Assembly: GCA_041674785.1 (NCBI GenBank)
Contig: JBAYVG010000012.1
Coordinates: forward strand, 1 to 32,000
Direction of reading: 5' to 3'
DNA from: Rhodocyclaceae bacterium
Lineage (GTDB): Bacteria; Pseudomonadota; Gammaproteobacteria; Burkholderiales; Rhodocyclaceae
DNA length: 32,000 nt
In this document: in pieces, positions 8,119-20,361 of the stretch
How positions within the stretch are numbered: the first letter of the stretch is position 1
How the letters are laid out: every line of letters begins with the position of its first letter
Translations under genes and position numbers: made by a program
The notes under the pieces: generated by a model
What the model was told of the DNA's origin: nothing
Seen by the model: only the letters and a program-made list of their open reading frames with translations
Database searches by the model: none

Positions 8119-9364
8119 GGATCAGCACCAGCGACAACACCATCGCCGCAAAGATCAGGCTGAAACCGGCCTGATACGCCGCCGCATCGTAGACTCGTGC
8201 GCCGCCAACCGTGCTGCCAAGCCAGTTGCGATCGAGGATCCAGCCGACGCCCGGCTGCAGGAACATGCCGCCCATCAGGGGGCCCATGTTGCAGAACCCT
8301 GAGGCGGTACCCATCAGCCGCGCCGGGACCGACTCCTTGGCGAAGGCAAAACCGATGATCAGGTTGCCACAGGCGAAACCAGTGACGATAAGCAGGCCAA
8401 CCAGCGCCCAGATTGGCAGCGGTGCGAAGATGATGATGCCCCAACCGATCAGTGCCACCACCGTCGTGATCACATAGAGCGGCTTGCGCCGACCCATGCG
8501 CTCCGAAAGCGCACCAAGGATCGGCCCGCCAAGGGCCCAGGCGATCAGCAACGACGAGGTGATCGCCGCAGCTTCCTTGGTCTCCAGTCCATGCACCTGC
8601 TTCAGATAAGGCACACCCCATAGGCCTGCAAACGTCAGAACCGAGCCAGCGACACCGATTGGCACGATGACCAGGATCCAGGTGTTGCGGAAGGAAAGCA
8701 CCTGCATCAGGCCGTGCCACACCGAAGCATGATGCACTCCGTGCACCGGAGGGGCCGGGGCGTAACTGGCATAGCCACGCTCGGCCGGGTCGTCGCGCAC
8801 GAACAGCCAGATGGCAACGCACAACGCGGCGGTAACGATGGCGGTAACCATCATCACCGGCCGCCAGCCAAAGGCCTCGACCAGCAATCGCAGCGGCACA
8901 CCGGCGACGACGCCGCCAACCACGCCGAAGAAGAGGGCAATACCGGATGCCAGCGCAAACTGACTCGGCTTGAACCAGCGTGTTGCCAGTTTAAGCATCG
9001 AGACGAAAGCCACGGCAACTGAAGCGCCGATCAGCAGGCGACCAGCATTGGCCCAGAAGATCGACGGCGCAAAGGCAAACAGGGCGGTGCCCAGTGCCGC
9101 GATACCGGCACCCACCGTCAGCAGGCGACGCGGCCCCCAGCGGTCGGCGATGATGCCGGTGGGGATCTGCATGGCCACGTAGGAGTAAAAATAGAAGGCC
9201 GAGAGGTTGCCAAGCGCCGCCGCACCGAGGGTGAAATCGGCCATCAGCCGGTCAGTGATGACTGCCGGTGCCACCCGCTGGTAGAAACCGATCAGGTATA
9301 GCAGGGCGCCGAGCCCCCAGACGGTCCATGCCAGTGCAGCGGGCGGATAGCCACGCGCAGGCAT
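8081..9364 (-). CDS. MFS transporter (unknown substrate)
   Basis: About 427 aa of hydrophobic 12-TM pattern with the MFS loop motif IADRWGPRRLL. The start is either ATG 9364 (MPARGYPP...) or TTG 9379. Its 3' end overlaps the convergent Bcr-family gene by 38 nt. Confidence 0.8.
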   Translation of the reverse strand: MPARGYPPAALAWTVWGLGALLYLIGFYQRVAPAVITDRLMADFTLGAAALGNLSAFYFYSYVAMQIPTGIIADRWGPRRLLTVGAGIAALGTALFAFAPSIFWANAGRLLIGASVAVAFVSMLKLATRWFKPSQFALASGIALFFGVVGGVVAGVPLRLLVEAFGWRPVMMVTAIVTAALCVAIWLFVRDDPAERGYASYAPAPPVHGVHHASVWHGLMQVLSFRNTWILVIVPIGVAGSVLTFAGLWGVPYLKQVHGLETKEAAAITSSLLIAWALGGPILGALSERMGRRKPLYVITTVVALIGWGIIIFAPLPIWALVGLLIVTGFACGNLIIGFAFAKESVPARLMGTASGFCNMGPLMGGMFLQPGVGWILDRNWLGSTVGGARVYDAAAYQAGFSLIFAAMVLSLVLILMARETHCRQMP

Positions 9365-9375
9365 GCTGCCCGCGC

Positions 9376-9768
9376 TCAACTCTGCTCCCAGGGCAGGCCG
9401 GCTACACGCCAGCCGTTCAGTGTATTGCGGTGCATGTGCTCGTCGCGATCGCCCTCAAACCCGGTCAGCACATTGACCACATCCTTGAATCCGGCGGCCT
9501 CCAGGGCTTCAGCCGCCTCGATTGAACGCCGGCCACTGCGACAGATGATGACGACCGGCCGCATGTGATCGCTGTCGGCAAGCCGTGAAATCTCGGCAAC
9601 AAAGTGCGGGTTCACGTCCCAGTCCTCACCGTCATTCCAGGCGACGTGAATGGCGCCGACGGGGTGGCCGACAAAGTAGTACTCGATCGTGCTACGGCAG
9701 TCGATGAACAGTGCAGAGGGCGTTTGCGCCAGAAAATCGTGGCTCTCGGTCGGGGTCAGGTGTCTCAT
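9376..9768 (-). CDS. Rhodanese-like single-domain sulfurtransferase
   Basis: ATG at 9768 gives MRHLTPTESHDFLAQTPSALFIDCRS...VVIICRSGRRSIEAAEAL (active-site Cys loop CRSGRRS), 130 aa. The longer ORF-track N-terminus is Gly/Ala-rich read-through and is rejected. Confidence 0.8.
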   Translation of the reverse strand: MRHLTPTESHDFLAQTPSALFIDCRSTIEYYFVGHPVGAIHVAWNDGEDWDVNPHFVAEISRLADSDHMRPVVIICRSGRRSIEAAEALEAAGFKDVVNVLTGFEGDRDEHMHRNTLNGWRVAGLPWEQS

Positions 9769-9828
9769 ATGTTTATACTTTGCGTGCGTTCCGTATTTTC
9801 GTTGGACGATTCTACAAGGAAGCTCTTC

Positions 9829-10320
9829 ATGTTCAAGCGCCTCGTCGCCGGCCTCGTATCGATTGCTGCAAGCATCCTGCCCGGGTGTGACGCCATCTTT
9901 CTCGACGAGTTCAAACCCGGCATCAGCACCAGTGCCGAAGTGCACAAGCGCATGGGCACCCCGGCAACCGAATACACCAACGCCGACGGCAGCGTGACCT
10001 GGGAATACAACCGTCAGCCGCAAGGCGTGCATACCCACATGCTGACCTTTGGCCCGGACAGGGTATTGCAGCGAATCGAGCAGGTGCTCACTGACGAAAA
10101 CTACGCCAAACTCGTTCTCGGCATGAGCAAGGAACAGGTACAGCGCATCCTCGGCAAGCCGGGCAGTTCAGTCACTTTCCCGATGAAGAAGGAAGAGGTC
10201 TGGGACTGGCGCGTCGAAGGTACACCGCCCGCCGAGGAATGGCACTTCTACGCCCACTTCAGCGTCGACACCGGTTTGCTGGTCAACACCACCAAGATGA
10301 TGCTGCAGCGAGGGGGTTAG
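9829..10320 (+). CDS. Lipoprotein with SmpA/OmlA (BamE-like) repeats
   Basis: ATG at 9829 gives MFKRLVAGLVSIAASILPGC (lipobox LPGC). The motif LGMSKEQVQRILGKPG is typical of BamE/SmpA_OmlA domains. Confidence 0.65.
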   Translation: MFKRLVAGLVSIAASILPGCDAIFLDEFKPGISTSAEVHKRMGTPATEYTNADGSVTWEYNRQPQGVHTHMLTFGPDRVLQRIEQVLTDENYAKLVLGMSKEQVQRILGKPGSSVTFPMKKEEVWDWRVEGTPPAEEWHFYAHFSVDTGLLVNTTKMMLQRGG

Positions 10321-10339
10321 GGCGTGTTCACACTCACTC

Positions 10340-10566
10340 GGTGGTTGCGCAAGGGGTTGGCGGGGATGCAGCGCGAGGCGCCGGGCGCGTAGCGTAGTCA
10401 TCTACGCAAGCGACCGGCAACGAAGCGATGCGCCCCGCCAACCCCTTGCCCTCCGGGTTGCCCCGGCATGCGGCGTCTGCGTTGTTGCGAGGCTTGGGAA
10501 GGGAACGACCATTCCCTGCGCCTCGCGCCTAGCAGCCGCTCGCATGCCGAGGCAACGCAATCCACC
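10340..10566. other. GC-rich multi-stem structured element (possible ncRNA or composite REP) between convergent 3' ends
   Basis: Closing stem GGTGGTTGCG (10340-10349) / CGCAATCCACC (10556-10566). Module 1 is a perfect 17-bp inverted repeat, 10349-10365 / 10433-10449, enclosing the hairpin GCGTAG-TCAT-CTACGC (10392-10407). Module 2 has GGCATGCG (10465-10472) / CGCATGCC (10541-10548), GCGAGGC (10487-10493) / GCCTCGC (10520-10526), and an apical AGGGAA/TTCCCT. Confidence 0.5.
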
Positions 10567-10585
10567 GGATGAATGTGAATACGCC

Positions 10586-11713
10586 CTAAAACAGGATCAC
10601 CTGCCGCACCGCCTGCCCGGCAGCCAGCCGGTCGAAGCCCTCGTTGATCTGGTCGAGCGACAGGCGGTGCGTGATCAGCTTGTCGACCGGCAGGCGACCG
10701 GCCTGATACAGCGCGATGTAGTTCGGGATATCCCGGGTCGGCACAGCCGAGCCAAGATAGCTGCCCTTCAGCGTGCGCTCCTCGGCCGTCATCTGCACCA
10801 CAGGCACCTGCAGGTGATGCGCCGGATTCGGCAGGCTGCAGGTTACCGTCGTGCCACCGCGCCGCGTCAGCTTCCACGCCAGTTCCAGCGCCGGCACCGC
10901 ACTGGCCGCTTCGATCACGACATCGACACCGCCAGGAATCGCTGCCCGCAGTTGCGCCACGACATCCGGATCATCGGCGCGAAAGGCACGCGTTGCCCCC
11001 AGCGACATCGCCAGTTCGAGTTTCTCCGGCAACACATCGATCGCCACCACTTCACGCGCACCGGCGGCGAGCGCACCAAGCAGGGCCGAAAGACCGACTC
11101 CGCCAAGGCCAACCACAGCCACCGTCTGGCCCAGCCGAATAGCTGCAGAATTGAGTGCCGCACCGACCCCGGTGAGTACCGCACAACCAAAAATCGCCGC
11201 CACTTCCGGCGCCAGATCGGGCACCACCTTGACCAGCGAACCGCGATTGAGCACCGCGTATTCGGCAAAGCAGGAAACACCAACCTGATGGTTCAGCACC
11301 TGCCCATCCGGACGCGTCAGCACCCGATGGCCGCCCACCAGCGTGCCCGCACCGTTGGCCGCAGCGCCCGGCTCGCAGAGCGCCGGACGACCTTCCTGAC
11401 ACGGCAGGCAATGGCCGCAGGAAGGGACGAAAACCAGCGCCACGCTATCGCCACGCACCAGATCATTCACACCCGGCCCGCAGGCCTCGACAACACCGGC
11501 CGCCTCGTGACCGAGCACCATCGGCATCGCCCGCGGCCGGTCACCGTTGATGATGGAAAGGTCGGAATGACACAGGCCGGCGGCAGTGATACGCACCAGC
11601 ACCTCACCCGGACCGGGGCTGCCGAGCTCGATGGTTTCTACCGACACCGGCCGTGATAACGCATAAGGGGATGGCATCTGCATCCGGTCGAGTACTGCCG
11701 CGCGCATCTTCAT
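10586..11713 (-). CDS. Zinc-dependent alcohol dehydrogenase family oxidoreductase
   Basis: ATG at 11713 with a GGAGGAG RBS. Motifs: CHSDLSIINGD, GHEAAGVVEACGPGV (catalytic Zn), CGHCLPCQEGRPALC (structural Zn), VVGLGGVGLSAL (NAD Rossmann). 375 aa. Confidence 0.85.
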   Translation of the reverse strand: MKMRAAVLDRMQMPSPYALSRPVSVETIELGSPGPGEVLVRITAAGLCHSDLSIINGDRPRAMPMVLGHEAAGVVEACGPGVNDLVRGDSVALVFVPSCGHCLPCQEGRPALCEPGAAANGAGTLVGGHRVLTRPDGQVLNHQVGVSCFAEYAVLNRGSLVKVVPDLAPEVAAIFGCAVLTGVGAALNSAAIRLGQTVAVVGLGGVGLSALLGALAAGAREVVAIDVLPEKLELAMSLGATRAFRADDPDVVAQLRAAIPGGVDVVIEAASAVPALELAWKLTRRGGTTVTCSLPNPAHHLQVPVVQMTAEERTLKGSYLGSAVPTRDIPNYIALYQAGRLPVDKLITHRLSLDQINEGFDRLAAGQAVRQVILF

Positions 11714-11801
11714 GCTGAACTCCTCCAGTTTTTTCGTTCTGACGGCAGCATAGCGCAGCTTTGCCGGCGAGTGAAAACCCTGTCGCCGACTGGCGTATTC
11801 A

Positions 11802-11830
11802 TTGACAATCAGCCACTTAGATCGTATCTT
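11802..11830 (+). promoter_or_regulatory. Sigma70-type promoter candidate for metH
   Basis: TTGACA (11802-11807), a 17-nt spacer, then TATCTT (11825-11830). It would produce a leader of about 118 nt. Confidence 0.55.
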
Positions 11831-11902
11831 TCGCACCTTCGCGCCGATTTGAAGTTCAGCTTGCGGGCGCATTACAAATGCGGCTAAAGCGGGCTTCTTC
11901 CG

Positions 11903-11937
11903 AAACCCGTTCGCTTTCCCTGCTGAACGGGTTTTTT
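11903..11937 (+). terminator. Intrinsic terminator/attenuator hairpin inside the metH leader
   Basis: AAACCCGTTC (11903-11912) / GAACGGGTTT (11925-11934) with a 12-nt loop, running into TTTTTT (11932-11937). It ends 19 nt before the metH ATG. Confidence 0.6.
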
Positions 11938-11955
11938 GCTTTCAGAGGTAATGCC

Positions 11956-15639
<3,684 letters not shown>

Positions 15640-15717
15640 CCGGTCACGGCACGAGAATAACGGGGTGGGCGGAACGGCGGCTGCCGGCCAGAAGCGGACG
15701 AACCAAAATACAACTCC

Positions 15718-16275
15718 ATGAGCCAAGAATTTACTTTTGATGGCGAGGTAGGGACCCTTCAGCCACCGAGAGCGGGGTGGTTTTTTAGATTTCCTTCGTG
15801 GGTGGCGCTCGTCTTCGCAATACCGTTTCTTCTGCTGCTTCTAATGTCGCTCGTGATTTACACGAACTTCATTTTTCCCGTGCTTTTTGGCATATCGTCG
15901 GCCTTGTTTATTGGGCTCTGGTCTTTCTCTTCCAAAGTTACGAAAGATGTTGGACTCGTTCGGATTGATAGAAAAGCAAACAAGGTTTCTATCGTTCGGA
16001 GAGACGGTTCTGAATATGAGGTAATGCTGGGAACGTTTAAGCGCATTTCTATTGCAAAGGTGATTGCAATGCACGGCTACACGTGGGGTGCCTTTCTTGA
16101 AGGAGAATCCGGCGAGTTTGTTTTATGCGCCGGATTTACTTTTCGAAAATTGTTGGTATGGCGAATTAGCCGAGCAGCAGAATGGCTAAATATTCCTGTT
16201 ACGATTTCGGACCAAGTTAAAGAGGTGGACTTGGCCGGATCATTTCAGAACAACGAAGTCCAGTTCAAACGGTGA
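15718..16275 (+). CDS. Orphan hypothetical membrane protein (two N-terminal TM helices plus a ~110-aa soluble domain) in a low-GC islet
   Basis: A 185-aa ORF is open across DNA of only about 43% G+C (hand count), where chance ORFs of this length are unlikely. Hydrophobic segments are WVALVFAIPFLLLLLMSLVIY and FPVLFGISSALFIGLWSF. No SD precedes the ATG and I recognise no family. Confidence 0.55.
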   Translation: MSQEFTFDGEVGTLQPPRAGWFFRFPSWVALVFAIPFLLLLLMSLVIYTNFIFPVLFGISSALFIGLWSFSSKVTKDVGLVRIDRKANKVSIVRRDGSEYEVMLGTFKRISIAKVIAMHGYTWGAFLEGESGEFVLCAGFTFRKLLVWRISRAAEWLNIPVTISDQVKEVDLAGSFQNNEVQFKR

Positions 16276-16375
16276 TGCGTTAAACAATCGGACTGCTCTG
16301 ATGTACCAAACATTCACGAATTCGACCGCTTGGGGTCGATAGCAGATATCCGCGTAGAGAAGGCCAAGCGGCCGC

Positions 16376-17584
16376 TCAATACAACAGATAGTCCCGCCGC
16401 CCCCGCGTCCATTCAGCCTCGTCCGGCAGGGCCTGTGCATCGAAATCCCCCGGCGTCGCCGCCGGATCATCCACCCACTCGCGCAGCAGCGGGCCGCCGT
16501 TGATCAGATCAATCGCCAGCCGGTCCCGCTCGTACTCGTACGGGAAGTCGCGCCACAGCGGGTAGTCCGGCTGCAGGCGGCGCAGCGCCTTGAAGGCCAG
16601 CGTCTGCAGGCGCCAGGGGCGGAAGGCGGCGTGGTCGTAATGCTGAGGGTCTTCGACATGGATCTGCACGCCGTTGCACAGTTTGCCGGCGTGCTTGTGG
16701 AAGGTCGGCTCGAACCAGCAGTCGCGCAGGACACAACCTTGTAGCCAGTGCGGGGCCAGCTGGCGCATTTCGGCGATCAGGGCGCGGGCATCGATGTCCG
16801 GTGCGCCAAACAGTTCCAGCGGCCGCGTCGTGCCGCGCCCTTCCGACAGCGTCGTACCTTCGAGCATGACCGTGCCGGCGTAGGCGCGGGCCATCGACAG
16901 GTTGGGGGCGTTCGGACTCGGGTTCACCCAGCTGCGCTCGCCGAGCGGCCAGCCGTAGCCGGGGGCCGCCTCCGGCTGCCATCCGTCCATCGTGATGACC
17001 TGGCAATCGACATCGAGTTTCAGCGTGGCGACAAACCAGCGGGCCAGCTCGCCCATCGTCAAACCATGGCGCATCGGCAGCGGGCCGGCGCCGACAAAGC
17101 TTTCCCAGCCTGCACGCAGCAGCAGGCCTTCGATCGGGCGGCCGGCCGGGTTCGGGCGGTCGAGCACCCACACGGCCTTGCCGTGTTCCGCTGCGGCTTC
17201 GAGCACGTAGCGCAGCGTGGTGATGAAGGTGTAGATGCGGCAGCCGAGATCCTGCAGGTCGACCAGCAGCACGTCGAAGGTGTCCATCATCGCTGCAGTC
17301 GGCCGGCGCACTTCGCCGTAGAGGCTGAACACCGGGATACCGTGCAGCGGGTCGACGTAGTCCAGCGACTCGACCATGTTGTCCTGCTTGTCGCCGCGCA
17401 GGCCGTGCTGCGGGCCGAAGGCCGCCGTCAGTTTGAGGTCGGGCAGTTTGGCCAGCGCATCAAGCGAATGCGTCAGGTCGCGCGTGACCGAAGCCGGGTG
17501 GGCGAGCAGGGCGACGCGCTTGCCGGCCAGCGGGCGGCGCAGCGCGGGATCATCGAGAAGGCGGTCGAGGCCGAAGCGGATCAT
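16376..17584 (-). CDS. DUF1343 family protein (NamZ-like putative exo-beta-N-acetylmuramidase)
   Basis: 402 aa: MIRFGLDRLLDDP...GKRVALLAHPASV...FGPQHGLRGDKQDNM...VLLVDLQDLGCRIYTF...VLDRPNP, the characteristic DUF1343 N-terminal half. Confidence 0.85.
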   Translation of the reverse strand: MIRFGLDRLLDDPALRRPLAGKRVALLAHPASVTRDLTHSLDALAKLPDLKLTAAFGPQHGLRGDKQDNMVESLDYVDPLHGIPVFSLYGEVRRPTAAMMDTFDVLLVDLQDLGCRIYTFITTLRYVLEAAAEHGKAVWVLDRPNPAGRPIEGLLLRAGWESFVGAGPLPMRHGLTMGELARWFVATLKLDVDCQVITMDGWQPEAAPGYGWPLGERSWVNPSPNAPNLSMARAYAGTVMLEGTTLSEGRGTTRPLELFGAPDIDARALIAEMRQLAPHWLQGCVLRDCWFEPTFHKHAGKLCNGVQIHVEDPQHYDHAAFRPWRLQTLAFKALRRLQPDYPLWRDFPYEYERDRLAIDLINGGPLLREWVDDPAATPGDFDAQALPDEAEWTRGRRDYLLY

Positions 17585-17586
17585 GG

Positions 17587-18159
17587 TCAGTCCGTCAGGG
17601 TCAGCGTGAAGCTGTCACGGTGGTGAAAATCGGGTTGGGCAGCGGCATGGGCCAGCCCCCAGTAACTGCGTGTGCCATCAACCAGTTCGATGACAGCACT
17701 CAACCCCAGGCACAGCGGCCGCGATTTTGGCAGCCAGCCTGGCGCCAGTGTCGTCGCCAGCGTCAGCGAACCTTCGCTGCGCAGAAAGGCGACGTTGGGC
17801 ACCGGGCCGAGCGGCAGGGCCGCAGCCTGCCGGTAAGCGGTGAAGGCGTAGGCCGCCCAGGCACCGGACGGCGAAAAATTGAACTCGCGGTAGCCAGTCT
17901 GGCCATCAACCCCGATGAAGACTTCGCAACACGTGTGCTGCCACAGCCCGTCGACGCGTATTGCCGCACACGGCTCGGGCAGCAGAATGCAGTCAAGTTG
18001 GGCAGCTTCTCCGTGTATGACAAAACCGAGATGCAGGCTTCCGTCGGGAAACAGTTCAATGCCGGCATCAATTTTCAGGCCGATCGGAGGAGTGCACGAT
18101 GGATGTGGTTCCAGATCGAGCAGATGGGTCTGAGCGCAGGTGGCAAGCATGGCCGCCAT
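17587..18159 (-). CDS. DOMON-like (murB-associated type) domain protein; start uncertain (18150, 18159 or 18189)
   Basis: The core [33 protein letters not shown]...[20 protein letters not shown] resembles, from memory, the DOMON_murB_like family. Its stop is 2 nt before the DUF1343 start, implying an operon. The Arg/Ser-rich N-terminal 56-66 aa of the track ORF overlap murB and are rejected. Confidence 0.55.
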   Translation of the reverse strand: MAAMLATCAQTHLLDLEPHPSCTPPIGLKIDAGIELFPDGSLHLGFVIHGEAAQLDCILLPEPCAAIRVDGLWQHTCCEVFIGVDGQTGYREFNFSPSGAWAAYAFTAYRQAAALPLGPVPNVAFLRSEGSLTLATTLAPGWLPKSRPLCLGLSAVIELVDGTRSYWGLAHAAAQPDFHHRDSFTLTLTD

Positions 18160-18178
18160 TGTAGACGACGCAGGTAGA

Positions 18179-19228
18179 ATGCCGGCCATGCCGCTCGAAC
18201 TTGTTACAGACGCTGACCTGACGCTGCGCAACACCCTCGCGCTGCCAGCGCGCGCCCGGCAGCTGGTAACGCTGCGCTCCCGGCAGGAAGCCGAAGCGCT
18301 GGCTGCCGACCTGCGCCTGCGCAGCGAGCCTCGCTTCATTCTCGGTGGGGGTAGCAACCTCGTGCTCGGCAGCTACATTGAGGGCCTCGTCATCGCCCCG
18401 CGCCTCAGCGGCCGCCGTCTCGCTGGCGAGGATGCCGAAGCCTGGTTTGTCGCGGCTGCGGCCGGCGAACCCTGGCAAGACTTTGTGCAGTGGACGCTGG
18501 CGCAGGGCTGGCCGGGGCTGGAGAATCTTTCGCTGATTCCCGGCACGGTCGGTGCCGCCCCGATCCAGAATATCGGCGCCTACGGGCTGGAAGTCGCCGA
18601 GCGCCTGGCCTTTGTCGATACCATCGACCTCGCCAGCGGCGAGCCTCTTCGTTTCACTGCCGCCGACTGCCGTTTCGGCTACCGCGACAGCATTTTCAAG
18701 CAGGAGGGCTGGCATCTTTCGGGACGCTTCCTGATCACCGAGGTGACTTTCCGCCTGCCTAAAAAATGGGCGCCACTGACACGCTATGCCGATGTCGAAC
18801 GCGAACTGGCAACCACAGCAATCGCGGCGCCATCGGCAACGGAAATTGCCCGAGCCATCGTTGCCATCCGCCAGCGCAAGCTGCCTGATCCGGTGACGAT
18901 TCCCAATGCCGGCAGCTTCTTTCAGAACCCGCTCGTCGACTCGGTACACGCGGCGCAATTGCTGGCGGCGCACCCCGGCCTGCCGCATTACCCGCAGGCC
19001 GACGGTTGCGTCAAACTGGCCGCCGGCTGGCTGATCGAGCGGGCCGGCTGGAAGGGCCGTACGCTCGGCCCGGTCGGCATGTACGAAAAACAGGCGCTGG
19101 TGCTGGTCAATCATGGTGGCGCCAGCGGCACCGATGTGGCTGCGCTGGCGAAGGCGGTGCAGGCCGATGTGCTGCGGCAGTTCGGCGTCAGCCTGTTACC
19201 GGAGCCGATCTACCTGGGCATTGCGTAG
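18179..19228 (+). CDS. murB: UDP-N-acetylenolpyruvoylglucosamine reductase
   Basis: [11 protein letters not shown]..., GGGSNLVL (FAD binding), [53 protein letters not shown]. The start is ATG 18179 or 18188. Confidence 0.9.
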   Translation: MPAMPLELVTDADLTLRNTLALPARARQLVTLRSRQEAEALAADLRLRSEPRFILGGGSNLVLGSYIEGLVIAPRLSGRRLAGEDAEAWFVAAAAGEPWQDFVQWTLAQGWPGLENLSLIPGTVGAAPIQNIGAYGLEVAERLAFVDTIDLASGEPLRFTAADCRFGYRDSIFKQEGWHLSGRFLITEVTFRLPKKWAPLTRYADVERELATTAIAAPSATEIARAIVAIRQRKLPDPVTIPNAGSFFQNPLVDSVHAAQLLAAHPGLPHYPQADGCVKLAAGWLIERAGWKGRTLGPVGMYEKQALVLVNHGGASGTDVAALAKAVQADVLRQFGVSLLPEPIYLGIA

Positions 19229-19917
19229 AGACAGGCAGCGACTCCGGTCGCGATGGCGTCGGCCATGCGCGCCATGCGCGCCGGATCGGAAAGCAGCAAT
19301 TCCTCATCGCGGTGCTTGATCACACCCGCTTCGAAGAGCACCGCAGGCAGGGTTGTCCGGTGCAGCACGACCAGGTTGTCGTGCCAGTGTACGGCGTTGT
19401 CCTCATCGGCCCAGGGGTGTTTCGGATAGTGGTGACGCGTCGGCACGAAACCGGCGAGACGCATGCTGGCACCGATTGCCGACGCGCAGCCGCCGCTGAT
19501 ATCCGGCGCCGGGTTCCGCCGCGAAACGTGTAGCGAAAATCCGGAATATTTGTCGCAGTAATCGAGCCGTTTCTCCTGCCACACCCAGGGCGACAACTCG
19601 TAAGCAGGCACCGAGTCGTGGTGCAGCGAAATGAACAGGTCGGCGCCTTGCGCCGCCTCGGGGCGTGCCGAAAGACTCCTGATTTTCCCGTCGTAGTTGA
19701 TCGGCCGCACCGTCACGCCGCGCGCTTCCAGCGCCTGCTGCACGACCGGTGCCAGCGCCCTGTTGAATTCATGCTCACCACGACCGCGCGCACTCATGGC
19801 ACCGACGTCGACGAGACCATGGCCGACATCAAGAGCCACTTCGGCGGCCCCTGCCGGCAAAGGCCCCAGCAAGGCCAGCCCGGACAGGGCGACTACCGTC
19901 GGCAAGGGTAAATGCAT
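19210..19917 (-). CDS. N-acetylmuramoyl-L-alanine amidase (Amidase_3 type) with signal peptide
   Basis: ATG at 19917 gives [25 protein letters not shown]. Motifs: LDVGHG...E (Zn ligands), [19 protein letters not shown]. Its 3' end overlaps murB by 19 nt (convergent). Confidence 0.8.
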   Translation of the reverse strand: MHLPLPTVVALSGLALLGPLPAGAAEVALDVGHGLVDVGAMSARGRGEHEFNRALAPVVQQALEARGVTVRPINYDGKIRSLSARPEAAQGADLFISLHHDSVPAYELSPWVWQEKRLDYCDKYSGFSLHVSRRNPAPDISGGCASAIGASMRLAGFVPTRHHYPKHPWADEDNAVHWHDNLVVLHRTTLPAVLFEAGVIKHRDEELLLSDPARMARMADAIATGVAACLYAMPR

Positions 19918-19950
19918 CGGTTTCACCAAGGCGACCAACCGGGCAGCCAA

Positions 19951-20277
19951 CTATTTGTCGAAGGCCTGTGGAGCCTCCCAGAGGACAAAGCCTTCCTTGT
20001 CGCGCGCCGTCAGTTCGAGAAACTCGATGAAAGGCTGGGCGCGTCGCCCGAGGCTGACGACATTCGAATCCTCGCCATCTTCGCCGCCCTGCTCGGACTG
20101 GCTGCCTTTTTCGGCGCTGACCACGGCACGCAGCCGCTGGACGATCTCCGGAATCTGCTCGAAGGTGATCACCCCGCGCGCGCTGCATTCCTTGCCGGCA
20201 ACCGTCAGCAGCCGTTTGGCGACGTCGGCAAACATCATCAACTCTCCAGCCACGTTGGACGTGAATTTAACCAGCAT
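19951..20277 (-). CDS. DUF1840-like small protein
   Basis: ATG at 20277 gives MLVKFTSNVAGELMMFADVAKRLLTVAGKE... (108 aa), resembling from memory the betaproteobacterial DUF1840 family (MLxKFxSxAxxxxxM). The 267-aa track ORF upstream portion is low-complexity and is rejected. Confidence 0.65.
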   Translation of the reverse strand: MLVKFTSNVAGELMMFADVAKRLLTVAGKECSARGVITFEQIPEIVQRLRAVVSAEKGSQSEQGGEDGEDSNVVSLGRRAQPFIEFLELTARDKEGFVLWEAPQAFDK

Positions 20278-20361
20278 CGCGATCTCCTGAAATATGTCCA
20301 GCCTATTGTGTTCGATGCGGCATTGAAGAACAATGGAATCGTTGGATAGCGGAGGATAGCG

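Noticed and set aside
11714-11955. SAH riboswitch (expected upstream of metH in betaproteobacteria)
   Set aside because: I looked on the + strand for the conserved core (GAGGAGCGC, CAGGCUCGG, GGCGCUCAC-like segments) and did not find it. Without a covariance-model scan I cannot call it. The leader is reported only as an unclassified attenuator.
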